Virus record (IMG/VR): IMGVR_UViG_3300035491_000281
Length of the DNA stretch: 64,000 nt
Source: a virus
Lineage: Duplodnaviria > Caudoviricetes
Direction: 5' to 3' (one strand)
How positions within the stretch are numbered: the first letter of the stretch is position 1; each line of letters starts with the position of its first letter. The position numbers and the translations under genes are program-made. The notes below the pieces were generated by a model. It made no database searches, had not been told where the DNA came from, and saw nothing but the letters and a program-made list of their open reading frames with translations. Below, in pieces: positions 10,010 to 17,542 of the stretch.

Positions 10010-10037
10010 AATTTAAGAACTATATAACCCAGGTGAA
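10010..10037 (+). promoter_or_regulatory. Phage early promoter
   Basis: AATTT-AAGAAC-TATATAAC-CCAGG-TGAA. Confidence 0.75.
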
Positions 10038-10088
10038 TAAAGCCAGCCCAAGGCTTTACCAACCCCGTAAATACCCAGGAGAAACACC

Positions 10089-10364
10089 ATGAACTTCGAA
10101 AACTTCGCTGCTAAACTGAATGCCGCCAAAATCAACGCTTCGCTGGAAGACGACGCTACAGCCAAGCCGAACGAGGCCAAGGCTGAGCCGAGCAAGACCG
10201 AAGACGCGCCTAAGGCCGGCTTCTTCCGTCGTAACAGCAAGCGCCTGACCATCGGTGCGGCCGCCGTCGCCGGTGTCGCTGCCCTCGGCGGCGTCGCCTG
10301 GATGGTGCTCAGCAAAGGTGCCGAAGGCGCCTCGGCTCTGGCCGATGCCGTCACCGACGTCTGA
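10089..10364 (+). CDS. Small early protein with a C-terminal TM helix, 91 aa
   Basis: AGGAG RBS; RRNSKR followed by LTIGAAAVAGVAALGGVAWMVL; strong codon bias. Confidence 0.75.
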   Translation: MNFENFAAKLNAAKINASLEDDATAKPNEAKAEPSKTEDAPKAGFFRRNSKRLTIGAAAVAGVAALGGVAWMVLSKGAEGASALADAVTDV

Positions 10365-10373
10365 TGTAGTAAA

Positions 10374-10434
10374 CCCCGGGCTTCGGCCCGGGGCTTCCCG
10401 AACGCATTCCTTTTGAGTGCGTTTCGGAAGCCCC
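10374..10434 (+). promoter_or_regulatory. Two overlapping hairpins between early genes
   Basis: CCCCGGGC-TTCG-GCCCGGGG (10374-10393) and a long imperfect stem 10390-10434 that shares GGGG. Confidence 0.5.
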
Positions 10435-10461
10435 TAACCCCTTAGTCGCAGGAGACTAACC

Positions 10462-10608
10462 ATGGAATTCAATCCAATGATCGACCTCGTAGTGCTGACC
10501 GGTTTCGCCACGGTTCTCTTCGGTTCCCTCTGGGCGCTGGAGCGGGTAATCCGCCCGAAAGCCACCGAGCGTCAAACTGGTGCCACCCGCATCACCCCTA
10601 AAGCCTAA
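10462..10608 (+). CDS. Micro membrane protein, 48 aa (not in ORF track)
   Basis: CGCAGGAG RBS; MEFNPMIDLVVLTGFATVLFGSLWALERVIRPK... Confidence 0.65.
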   Translation: MEFNPMIDLVVLTGFATVLFGSLWALERVIRPKATERQTGATRITPKA

Positions 10609-10625
10609 GTCGCAGGAGATTGGCT

Positions 10626-10811
10626 ATGACCACCAACAACGAAACTCAGAACGACACCAACACCTCTGAAAAAGAAGCGCCTAACGGCCCCGGTATCGTT
10701 CTCGGTATAGTCGCCGGCGTTACCTTTTGCGCTTCAATCGCCGCCTCGGCGGCGTTGCTCTGCGTCGGCTTTAAGTGCGGTAAGTCTCTGGTGGAAGGAG
10801 CGTTCAAATGA
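10626..10811 (+). CDS. Micro membrane protein, 61 aa
   Basis: CGCAGGAG RBS; GIVLGIVAGVTFCASIAASAALLCVGF hydrophobic stretch. Confidence 0.65.
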   Translation: MTTNNETQNDTNTSEKEAPNGPGIVLGIVAGVTFCASIAASAALLCVGFKCGKSLVEGAFK

Positions 10812-11209
10812 GTGCCACCCCCAGCCCTACCCCCAAGGGGGCTTTTCGCACCCTGATGAGCAACGGCCAAACGGCGTTTCACGATGAGACCGGTGTGGTG
10901 TTTCTCCGCGATACCACCAGCCACGGCAAGGTGGTCCGGTACCGGGACGGCCTGCTCGACCACACCGTGCGTCGGGCCCTGATCGACGTCATCGTCGAGG
11001 GTAAAGAATCGCCGATCTTTGACCGGGCCCTGGTGCGCCGCGGTCGGGACGGAGAGTTCTATTACTACCCGCTACCTCTGATCTTCGCCAGTAAAGAAGA
11101 ACGGGAATTGGCCGCCAAGGCCATGAACCGCCGACCCCCGTCGGAACGCTGGGCACTGCGCCGCCGTCGGCAAGTGCTCGATACCCTCGGTCTGTCGACC
11201 GAACTGTAA
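10808..11209 (+). CDS. Hypothetical early protein, 133 aa
   Basis: ATGA overlap with the upstream gene; GGAG RBS. Confidence 0.65.
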   Translation: MSATPSPTPKGAFRTLMSNGQTAFHDETGVVFLRDTTSHGKVVRYRDGLLDHTVRRALIDVIVEGKESPIFDRALVRRGRDGEFYYYPLPLIFASKEERELAAKAMNRRPPSERWALRRRRQVLDTLGLSTEL

Positions 11210-11247
11210 CACCTCGGACAACCCCAAGCCCGCAGGAGGGCCCTCTC

Positions 11248-11580
11248 ATGACCAAGACCATCAACCTCACCGCTACCCCCGCCACCCGTGTTCAGAAGCT
11301 CTGCGGTCTCGTTGACCTGCCTGAGCGCAGCCAGCGTTACGTCGCTGAAGAACTGGCCTCACTGGGCGGTAAAAACCATGCGCAACTGGAACTGCTCGCC
11401 AGCGGTCTGGTGGCTGTGGCCGCCCAGTTCATCGAAACCGAAGCGCGCGCCGGCCGGGTCGGCTACACCGCGGTGCAGCTTGACGCGCCCGCCCAGCTGA
11501 TGCCTTACCTGTGCGACGCCCTGGCGGACTACCTGCCAGAGCTGGCCGTCATCGACAATGAACTGGCCCACGTTGCGTAA
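11248..11580 (+). CDS. Hypothetical early protein, 110 aa
   Basis: CGCAGGAGG RBS; codon bias. Confidence 0.7.
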   Translation: MTKTINLTATPATRVQKLCGLVDLPERSQRYVAEELASLGGKNHAQLELLASGLVAVAAQFIETEARAGRVGYTAVQLDAPAQLMPYLCDALADYLPELAVIDNELAHVA

Positions 11581-11642
11581 CAGCCTCCTGGGCTGGGACA
11601 AGGACGTCCCGAATATCCCCTCGTCTGTAGGAAGACCCTAAC

Positions 11643-11816
11643 ATGAAATACCTGACTCAAGCCCTACTCGCTGCGTTTGCCGGCTTTACCCTCGCCGCGG
11701 CCGTGGAGTACTACCACCTGACCCAGCCGGTCGGGAGCGTCAGTAAGGACTTCTGCAGTGAGTCCTGCACCAGCTTTGAAATCAACGTCAGCCAACTGCA
11801 TCCGCAAGAGGATTAA
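11643..11816 (+). CDS. Small signal-peptide/TM protein, 57 aa (not in ORF track)
   Basis: MKYLTQALLAAFAGFTLAAAVEY... with a CSESC motif; AGGAAG RBS. Confidence 0.6.
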   Translation: MKYLTQALLAAFAGFTLAAAVEYYHLTQPVGSVSKDFCSESCTSFEINVSQLHPQED

Positions 11817-11819
11817 TCC

Positions 11820-11957
11820 ATGTTTGAGAAAGCCACCACCGAAAGCAAAGAACTGGCCCGTAACACCCTGACCTACCTGAAGCACGGTCTGATGTTCGGT
11901 GCCATTGTTGGTACCGTCTCTGCGGTCGTCATCATCGCCCGCGGCATCACCAAGTAA
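11820..11957 (+). CDS. Micro membrane protein, 45 aa (not in ORF track)
   Basis: GAGGA RBS; ...KHGLMFGAIVGTVSAVVIIARGITK*. Confidence 0.65.
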   Translation: MFEKATTESKELARNTLTYLKHGLMFGAIVGTVSAVVIIARGITK

Positions 11958-11979
11958 CCCACGTTAGAAGGATAACGCC

Positions 11980-12111
11980 ATGAACACCCAACAATCCAAC
12001 CCTTTCATGAATCTGGCCCACTTCGTTTCCGGCAACGTAGCCTTCGGCTTCGGTGTCGCGGTGACTTACTGCCTGATTACCCAAGCCGCCAAAGCGGTGG
12101 TCAATCGCTAA
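11980..12111 (+). CDS. Micro membrane protein, 43 aa (not in ORF track)
   Basis: AAGGA RBS; ...VAFGFGVAVTYCLITQAAKAVVNR*. Confidence 0.6.
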   Translation: MNTQQSNPFMNLAHFVSGNVAFGFGVAVTYCLITQAAKAVVNR

Positions 12112-12121
12112 GCGGTAACCC

Positions 12122-12154
12122 GAAAGGGAGGGGGTCCCGCCCCCTTCTTTTTTT
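12122..12154 (+). terminator. Intrinsic terminator ending the micro-protein operon
   Basis: G-rich/C-rich stem followed by a T-tract. Confidence 0.6.
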
Positions 12155-12170
12155 CTCTAGTGGGGGTAGT

Positions 12171-12620
12171 ATGATCGTCAATGAACGCCGAGGGAATATC
12201 CTCAACAGTGACTGCCAGACCGTGGTAATCACCACCAACTGTGTCGGAGTGATGGGCAAAGGCCTAGCCAAGAGCGCCAGACTGCGCCATCCTGCCCTCT
12301 ACCGCGCGTACCGCGCCCTGTACCTGAACCGAATGCTGCGCGTTGATCGACCGTACCTGGTCAGTCTTCCCGACGACCAGAAGTTTCTCTTGTTTCCCAC
12401 CAAAGACCATTGGCGGGAACCGTCACGACTGGAATGGATTGAAACGAACCTACGATGGATTGCCGATAACTACCCTAAAGGAGAGTTGGTAGAAGTGACC
12501 TCATTAGCCGTACCACCACTCGGCTGCGGCTTGGGTGGTCTGGACTACGCCTTGGTTAAGCCCCTGATCGAGCAGTATCTCCACCCCCTTTCTCTCCCGG
12601 TAACCCTGTACTTACCTTAA
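12171..12620 (+). CDS. Macro domain protein (DarG-like ADP-ribosylglycohydrolase), 149 aa
   Basis: GNIL...TTNCVGVMGKGLA; FPTKDHWR; SLAVPPLGCGLGGL motifs. Confidence 0.9.
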   Translation: MIVNERRGNILNSDCQTVVITTNCVGVMGKGLAKSARLRHPALYRAYRALYLNRMLRVDRPYLVSLPDDQKFLLFPTKDHWREPSRLEWIETNLRWIADNYPKGELVEVTSLAVPPLGCGLGGLDYALVKPLIEQYLHPLSLPVTLYLP

Positions 12621-12634
12621 AGGATCGATGAAAA

Positions 12635-13201
12635 ATGAATCCCCGTCTTTACGCACCGCTGGAAGCCAACGAAGAAGTCGCCGCCACCGTTTCAGAAATG
12701 CAGGCATTCCCACCGAATTGCAATCCCTTCCGGCATGATCATTTCCACATGGGGTCGGACCTCGTTCGCGGCTGGATGGCCATGCACAGCGGCTTTGACC
12801 GCGACGATGAACCACTCCCATTGAACTACGTGATTCTGGTCAACCAACGCACCGGCCAACGCCTCAAAGTAGAACTTCTCCCGAAGACCCCGAAACTGCG
12901 TGGTGTGGTCACGATTATCGCGGCTGACCGCATCGTCGATGAGAGTGAGTTTTACATCTGGCTTGATGGTAATGACGCCGGTTTGAACTGGGTCGGTATT
13001 GGTGAGGACTGGGATCGTACCTTGATCCAAGCTAAAGCCTATTACCGCCACGGGGACTTCATGATCCGCATGGAGGCGCTGACCAGTTACGACACCTTTC
13101 AGGAACAATGGGAACGCTACACCTTCAGCGACGTTCCAGAGCGGGCGATTTACGACCGGATCGTTGCCCGCATCAATACCCTTTTAATCGATAAGGACTG
13201 A
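12635..13201 (+). CDS. Hypothetical protein, 188 aa
   Basis: AAGGA RBS; coupled ORF. Confidence 0.7.
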   Translation: MNPRLYAPLEANEEVAATVSEMQAFPPNCNPFRHDHFHMGSDLVRGWMAMHSGFDRDDEPLPLNYVILVNQRTGQRLKVELLPKTPKLRGVVTIIAADRIVDESEFYIWLDGNDAGLNWVGIGEDWDRTLIQAKAYYRHGDFMIRMEALTSYDTFQEQWERYTFSDVPERAIYDRIVARINTLLIDKD

Positions 13202-13204
13202 GTC

Positions 13205-13594
13205 ATGAGCGAGAATGTTATTACCCAGCTGGCACGAGAATACAGGACGATGTTAGAGGCGGCCGAGCGCATCGCCGCCCTGCTGCCCGAAGCAACGCAA
13301 CAAGCTGACGGGCGCGCGGTTGAAGCCTTCATTGACGGGGTGGGTTATGCGCCGGCGGCGTTGGTGGTCCTGGCCCGCACTGAGCTATTGGATGCGTTAA
13401 CCGCGGCCGAAACCATCGCGGCCGTGTTCTACGTCAAGGAGATGGAAGAGATTCAACCACGTGCGCCTTGGCGGGAAAAAGTCGATGAAGGCAAGCCCGT
13501 CCATGGTATCGTCGCCCTGCGCCAAAGTATGCCGAGTCTTACCCTACCCGAGGCGAAGCGGGCGGTGGACCACTACATGAAACACCCGTTCTGA
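13205..13594 (+). CDS. Hypothetical protein with a C-terminal ribosomal L7/L12-CTD-like motif, 129 aa
   Basis: AAGGA RBS; C-terminal GKPVHGIVALRQSMPSLTLPEAKRAVD. Confidence 0.55.
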   Translation: MSENVITQLAREYRTMLEAAERIAALLPEATQQADGRAVEAFIDGVGYAPAALVVLARTELLDALTAAETIAAVFYVKEMEEIQPRAPWREKVDEGKPVHGIVALRQSMPSLTLPEAKRAVDHYMKHPF

Positions 13595-13652
13595 CGGCAT
13601 AAGCGTGGAGACCCTTCGGGGTCTCCGCCTATGCCCTTTCTTTTTTTCTTTT
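13594..13652 (+). terminator. ACGGCATA-led hairpin with T-tract
   Basis: ACGGCATA..GGAGACCC-TTCG-GGGTCTCC..TATGCC followed by a T-rich run. Confidence 0.75.
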
Positions 13653-13705
13653 GGCTGTTGTAGTAAAGTCCCGGGATTTTATAGTCTACGAACCGGAATG
13701 ACACC

Positions 13706-14104
13706 ATGACCGCTTACACACCCAAAGAATCCAGCGAACATAAAGGCTGGTACGAGATCCCCGGCTTCTCGGGTTGTTGCGCCAACCGTAAGGGCGAGAT
13801 TCTCACTAAGAAAACCGGTCACGTGACCAAAGGCGGTAATGCCGGCCGCTACCTGAAGATCAGCGCATACAAGGACGGTAACGACAGCCCTTCGTTGTAC
13901 CACGTCCACGAATTGGTCTGTCGGGCGTTTCACGGCAAACCCAAAGCCGGTCAAGTGGTTCTGCATAAACACAACGACCGCCAGGACAATCGCCCCAGTG
14001 AGTTGCGCTGGGGTACTCAATCCGAAAATATCAAACAAGTCTACACCGACGGCCTACGGCCGAGTAAGGAAGACTTTGATGAACCAATCTGGTTAGGATG
14101 GTGA
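13706..14104 (+). CDS. Free-standing NUMOD4/HNH homing-type endonuclease, 132 aa
   Basis: WYEIPGF (NUMOD4-like); VHELVCRAFHG...VLHKHNDRQDNRPSELRWGTQSEN (HNH_3-like). Confidence 0.85.
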   Translation: MTAYTPKESSEHKGWYEIPGFSGCCANRKGEILTKKTGHVTKGGNAGRYLKISAYKDGNDSPSLYHVHELVCRAFHGKPKAGQVVLHKHNDRQDNRPSELRWGTQSENIKQVYTDGLRPSKEDFDEPIWLGW

Positions 14105-14107
14105 TGA

Positions 14108-14842
14108 ATGCGCACACGGTTTAAACGAGGTAACACCCAAGAGAACAACTCCATGGCTTTACTACCTGGGGAGTTGTCTGTTGACATTCAAAAGAAAGCA
14201 GTCCGGGTCCATGACGGCATCACTCCCGGTGGCTTTGAGGTGGTAGGCGTACGCGCCTTCACCCCCGCCGCGGAGCTCCTTGCCGGCGATGACCAACTGG
14301 GTTGGTACGGTGAGCTAAGTTCGGCTCAATTCATTACCGCTAGCGCTCTGGCCGCGGAGGTAGGTCTGTCCGCTGGGACTGTTATTAACGATGAAGCGAC
14401 CTGGCTAAAGTTCGCTCATTTAGGTAAGACGCTGTTTATCCCTAAACAGCCTCTTATCGGTATATTGAGCTGGCAAGAGCTTGCCGATCTGGCCTTGGTA
14501 TACGGGGACACCGAGATCACCATCGCCGGTCAACGCTATAAGGTGCGTTTGATGACGGGCGGCGACGCCGACCCTGCCGCCGCGTCAGGCGGTGAGTGGA
14601 ATGCCCTATTCTACCCAATATCCGCCGATGCTCGGGTAAATACCTTGCAATGGGCGAGTTATACTCTTGCGGAACTGAACGACAGTGAAACTGCACGCTA
14701 TACCTGGTGTCAGGAAGTCTCTACGAGCAGCACCACTCACCGCGTGCAGCGCGGCGGCGGCGATATAACTATACGTTATGCAAATACCTACACCGCCAAC
14801 GGTTCTAGTTTCTGGCGTCCCGTGTTGGAGCTGATCCCGTAA
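14108..14842 (+). CDS. Mtd-like virion/receptor-binding paralog, class A, orphan copy, 244 aa
   Basis: N-terminal KRGNT...RVHDGITPGGF; core WLKF..GK.LFIP; C-terminal WCQE..RVQRG..WRPVLEL. Confidence 0.7.
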   Translation: MRTRFKRGNTQENNSMALLPGELSVDIQKKAVRVHDGITPGGFEVVGVRAFTPAAELLAGDDQLGWYGELSSAQFITASALAAEVGLSAGTVINDEATWLKFAHLGKTLFIPKQPLIGILSWQELADLALVYGDTEITIAGQRYKVRLMTGGDADPAAASGGEWNALFYPISADARVNTLQWASYTLAELNDSETARYTWCQEVSTSSTTHRVQRGGGDITIRYANTYTANGSSFWRPVLELIP

Positions 14843-14843
14843 C

Positions 14844-14887
14844 ACGGCATAAAGACCCCTCCCCAAACGGGGAGGGGCTTATGTTGT
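14844..14887. terminator. ACGGCATA palindrome at a convergent gene junction
   Basis: ACGGCATAAAGACCCCTCCCC-AAAC-GGGGAGGGGCTTATG. Confidence 0.7.
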
Positions 14888-14923
14888 CAGAAGCCTTCGT
14901 AATCGTCACGCATGACTTAGCTC

Positions 14924-15292
14924 CTACATGGGAGTGGTTTCAATACCGGTAGGTCCTTCATCAAAGAAGAATTTCGTATGCGAACCTTCCGGTGCCTGGG
15001 CGCGTATCTTCGCGTGAACCTCGGGGTTGAGCCGTGCGACATCGACATCGATCCCATAGGTATCGGCGAAGGCCTCAAACCAGAGAATGGCCTCGCGTAT
15101 CCCCATCGGGCCCCAATCGAGACCCTTGACCAATTTAACGACCCCGTCTGCCAGCTCGCGCATGATCTTTTCCACCTGGTCGATGCAGGGGGTGTAGACG
15201 AATACCTGCGCGATGCGCTCGCTCTTCGGGAGTTGCAGCTGCTGCTGGATACACTCCAGCACCTTAGTCACTACTGCGTTTTGCTCACTCAT
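14924..15292 (-). CDS. Hypothetical protein coupled to the helicase gene, 122 aa
   Basis: TAATG stop/start overlap with dnaB. Confidence 0.65.
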   Translation of the reverse strand: MSEQNAVVTKVLECIQQQLQLPKSERIAQVFVYTPCIDQVEKIMRELADGVVKLVKGLDWGPMGIREAILWFEAFADTYGIDVDVARLNPEVHAKIRAQAPEGSHTKFFFDEGPTGIETTPM

Positions 15293-16830
15293 TACATTGC
15301 CCACCATGCTTCTTCTTGGTCGCTACCCACCACACCACCGCCAGGCATAGCCAGCGTGATCTCGGTGTCCCGATCGATGTCCCAGGGAATGGTCCCGATC
15401 GGTTGGAAGGGTAGAACGACGTATTGGTCTTTTTCCGGCGTGACTGTGTTACGGTGCTTGCCGCGTTGAATCGTCAGGTAGCTGGAGCCATTGATCTTGA
15501 CGATGTGGATAAAGAGTTCCAAGTCAGGTTCCTGACCCAAACGACGACAGCCGTCGTAGTAACCCTTGTTAGCCACCACCTTAACGAAGTCTTCCACATT
15601 TTCCCGGGTCAGCTGTAGAGCGTCAGATGACAACTGATGTGGGCTGATGAAGGTAATCCCGCGCGGAGCGCAGTAGTTACGCATCCGACGAAACAACAGA
15701 CGAATGTCGTCACCGGCTACCTTGGCGTCGATCCCGGATTTGGAGATCATGTTCAGGTAGTCAGTAAAGAGCGCTACCAGCTCGTAGCCGTCAGCATACA
15801 GCCCATCAAGGAATCCGATTAGCGAGGCGACGGTGAACTCCGATGGGTCGAAGCGTTCCATCTTGATCTCAAAGCCGGTTTCCCGCAAGCGCTCGGAGAC
15901 ATAAGTGGCTGCTTCATTAATGTTGACTTCCGAATCGATCACCGCCTCACCGGTGTCGTTCTCTTTCAGGTACTTGTAGATCCACAGCAGGTTATCGGGA
16001 ATCTCGTTCTCGAAGCTGATGAAAAGGAGTAGTGGTCGGCGTGTGGGATCACGCAGGTAAGGCTTGTTGAACAAGGCGCAGTGAGTAAACAGCGAGAGCA
16101 TAAAGCCGGATTTGAAGTTGTGCTGCAAACCCCCGACCAGACCAAACTCACCTCGCTTCAGTGCACCGACTTTTCCCAACGCTCGGTTCAGGCCTTTCCA
16201 GCCCAGACGTAGCGCGCCTTCGGTGGACATGGTGACCTGCACGTCTTTAAAGTGCTGAGCCAGGTTCTCTGGGTCGCTGAAGTCCATGCTCGACATCATC
16301 GCCGGATGCTTCTGGCGCGCCCGTGCTTGGACCAAGGGTTCGAGTTTAGCCCCCATCTCAGTAATTTCTTCAGCGATGTCATGAACCGACTGACGCTTGA
16401 ACACCAGCTTGTGGTGGTACTCCTTCATGATGCCGAGAATCTTCTCGTCATTTAGATGCTGTGACAGATTGGTGCGGTACGACTGGATCATCCGCACGAC
16501 GCTCTTGATGTCCTCATGCTTTTCCATGAGGGCGTTCATCAAGGCTTCGTACAGGTAGTTTTCTTCGCGGCAGGCAACTTGGATCTGTTGCAGGACTTCC
16601 GATTCACTGGGGAAGCCTTCAGCCTGGCGGGTGTTCAACCACATCACGGCGCTGCGCAGCTCCAGGAAGGTCTGGCGGCCATGGTCGTGATCGATCGTGG
16701 ACTCAGGAATCGGCAGGCTGGTGAGGATATTGTTGACCAGCTCGTTAGACGGCGAAGTAGCTACCCCTTCTCGATGCTCCAAACAAAGCAGCGTTGCGCA
16801 GTTGACCAATAATTGTTTGGGAGAGAACAT
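15292..16830 (-). CDS. dnaB: Replicative DnaB-like helicase (phiKZ gp118-like), 512 aa
   Basis: LRLGWKGLNRALG, degenerate Walker A GGLQHNFKS, Walker B LFTDYLNM, HQLS, IQRGKHR. Confidence 0.9.
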   Translation of the reverse strand: MFSPKQLLVNCATLLCLEHREGVATSPSNELVNNILTSLPIPESTIDHDHGRQTFLELRSAVMWLNTRQAEGFPSESEVLQQIQVACREENYLYEALMNALMEKHEDIKSVVRMIQSYRTNLSQHLNDEKILGIMKEYHHKLVFKRQSVHDIAEEITEMGAKLEPLVQARARQKHPAMMSSMDFSDPENLAQHFKDVQVTMSTEGALRLGWKGLNRALGKVGALKRGEFGLVGGLQHNFKSGFMLSLFTHCALFNKPYLRDPTRRPLLLFISFENEIPDNLLWIYKYLKENDTGEAVIDSEVNINEAATYVSERLRETGFEIKMERFDPSEFTVASLIGFLDGLYADGYELVALFTDYLNMISKSGIDAKVAGDDIRLLFRRMRNYCAPRGITFISPHQLSSDALQLTRENVEDFVKVVANKGYYDGCRRLGQEPDLELFIHIVKINGSSYLTIQRGKHRNTVTPEKDQYVVLPFQPIGTIPWDIDRDTEITLAMPGGGVVGSDQEEAWWAM

Positions 16831-16953
16831 GGGTGTAAATCCTTGATGTGTGTTCTGTGGCGTACCATCAGTTCAATCGGTAGTTTTAGTAGCACTATTT
16901 CTATGAGACTACGACTCTCCTTGGCCTCACTCCATCTTATAGGTGTCTGCACT

Positions 16954-17481
16954 ATGCCAACCCTACACGTGGTTCCGCACGACGTTGCGGCTATGATGGA
17001 AGCCGAGGGCATCTCCCTGAAAGTGTTGGGGGACATCGACCAAATGGCCCGGCTTCTGTCGGCGCATGATATGGCTGACATCCACCTAGCGCTGCAGGGC
17101 TTTTCCTTCAGCTTCGACTCCGAATTGCAGATTGAGCTTGCTCAGTCCCCCCTAACTCGCTTGTCCGCAAGCGAAACACACGAGAGTGTACACTATCGTG
17201 TGAATGAGCGTGTGCAGTCGCAAACTCTGCGGCAGCAAGCTGAAGGTAAAAACTTTACCCCAGTTTACACGCTTAATCCTGTAGACGAGAATCTGTGGGT
17301 CGCAGTGCAGCAGAGGTTGCACAACCAAACCGCCGATCCTAGCCAGCTTCTGCTCTCGTCGAATCAGGCATTCTTCGATGACCTGATCGCGCAAGCACTG
17401 CACTGCCTGCCCTTTGAGCAGGTTTGCAAAACCAACCTCTTCACGTATTACCTAGGTACCCTCCCAGTTAAAGCTGCGTGA
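16954..17481 (+). CDS. Conserved protein upstream of the capsid gene (phiKZ gp119 position), about 175 aa
   Basis: ATAGGTG RBS before MPTLHVV; divergent from dnaB; synteny. Confidence 0.6.
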   Translation: MPTLHVVPHDVAAMMEAEGISLKVLGDIDQMARLLSAHDMADIHLALQGFSFSFDSELQIELAQSPLTRLSASETHESVHYRVNERVQSQTLRQQAEGKNFTPVYTLNPVDENLWVAVQQRLHNQTADPSQLLLSSNQAFFDDLIAQALHCLPFEQVCKTNLFTYYLGTLPVKAA

Positions 17482-17542
17482 GTGTATCCAAGATAGTATG
17501 CTGAACAGCAACTGTGTCCATCCTACGTAGGAACATAAGCAA

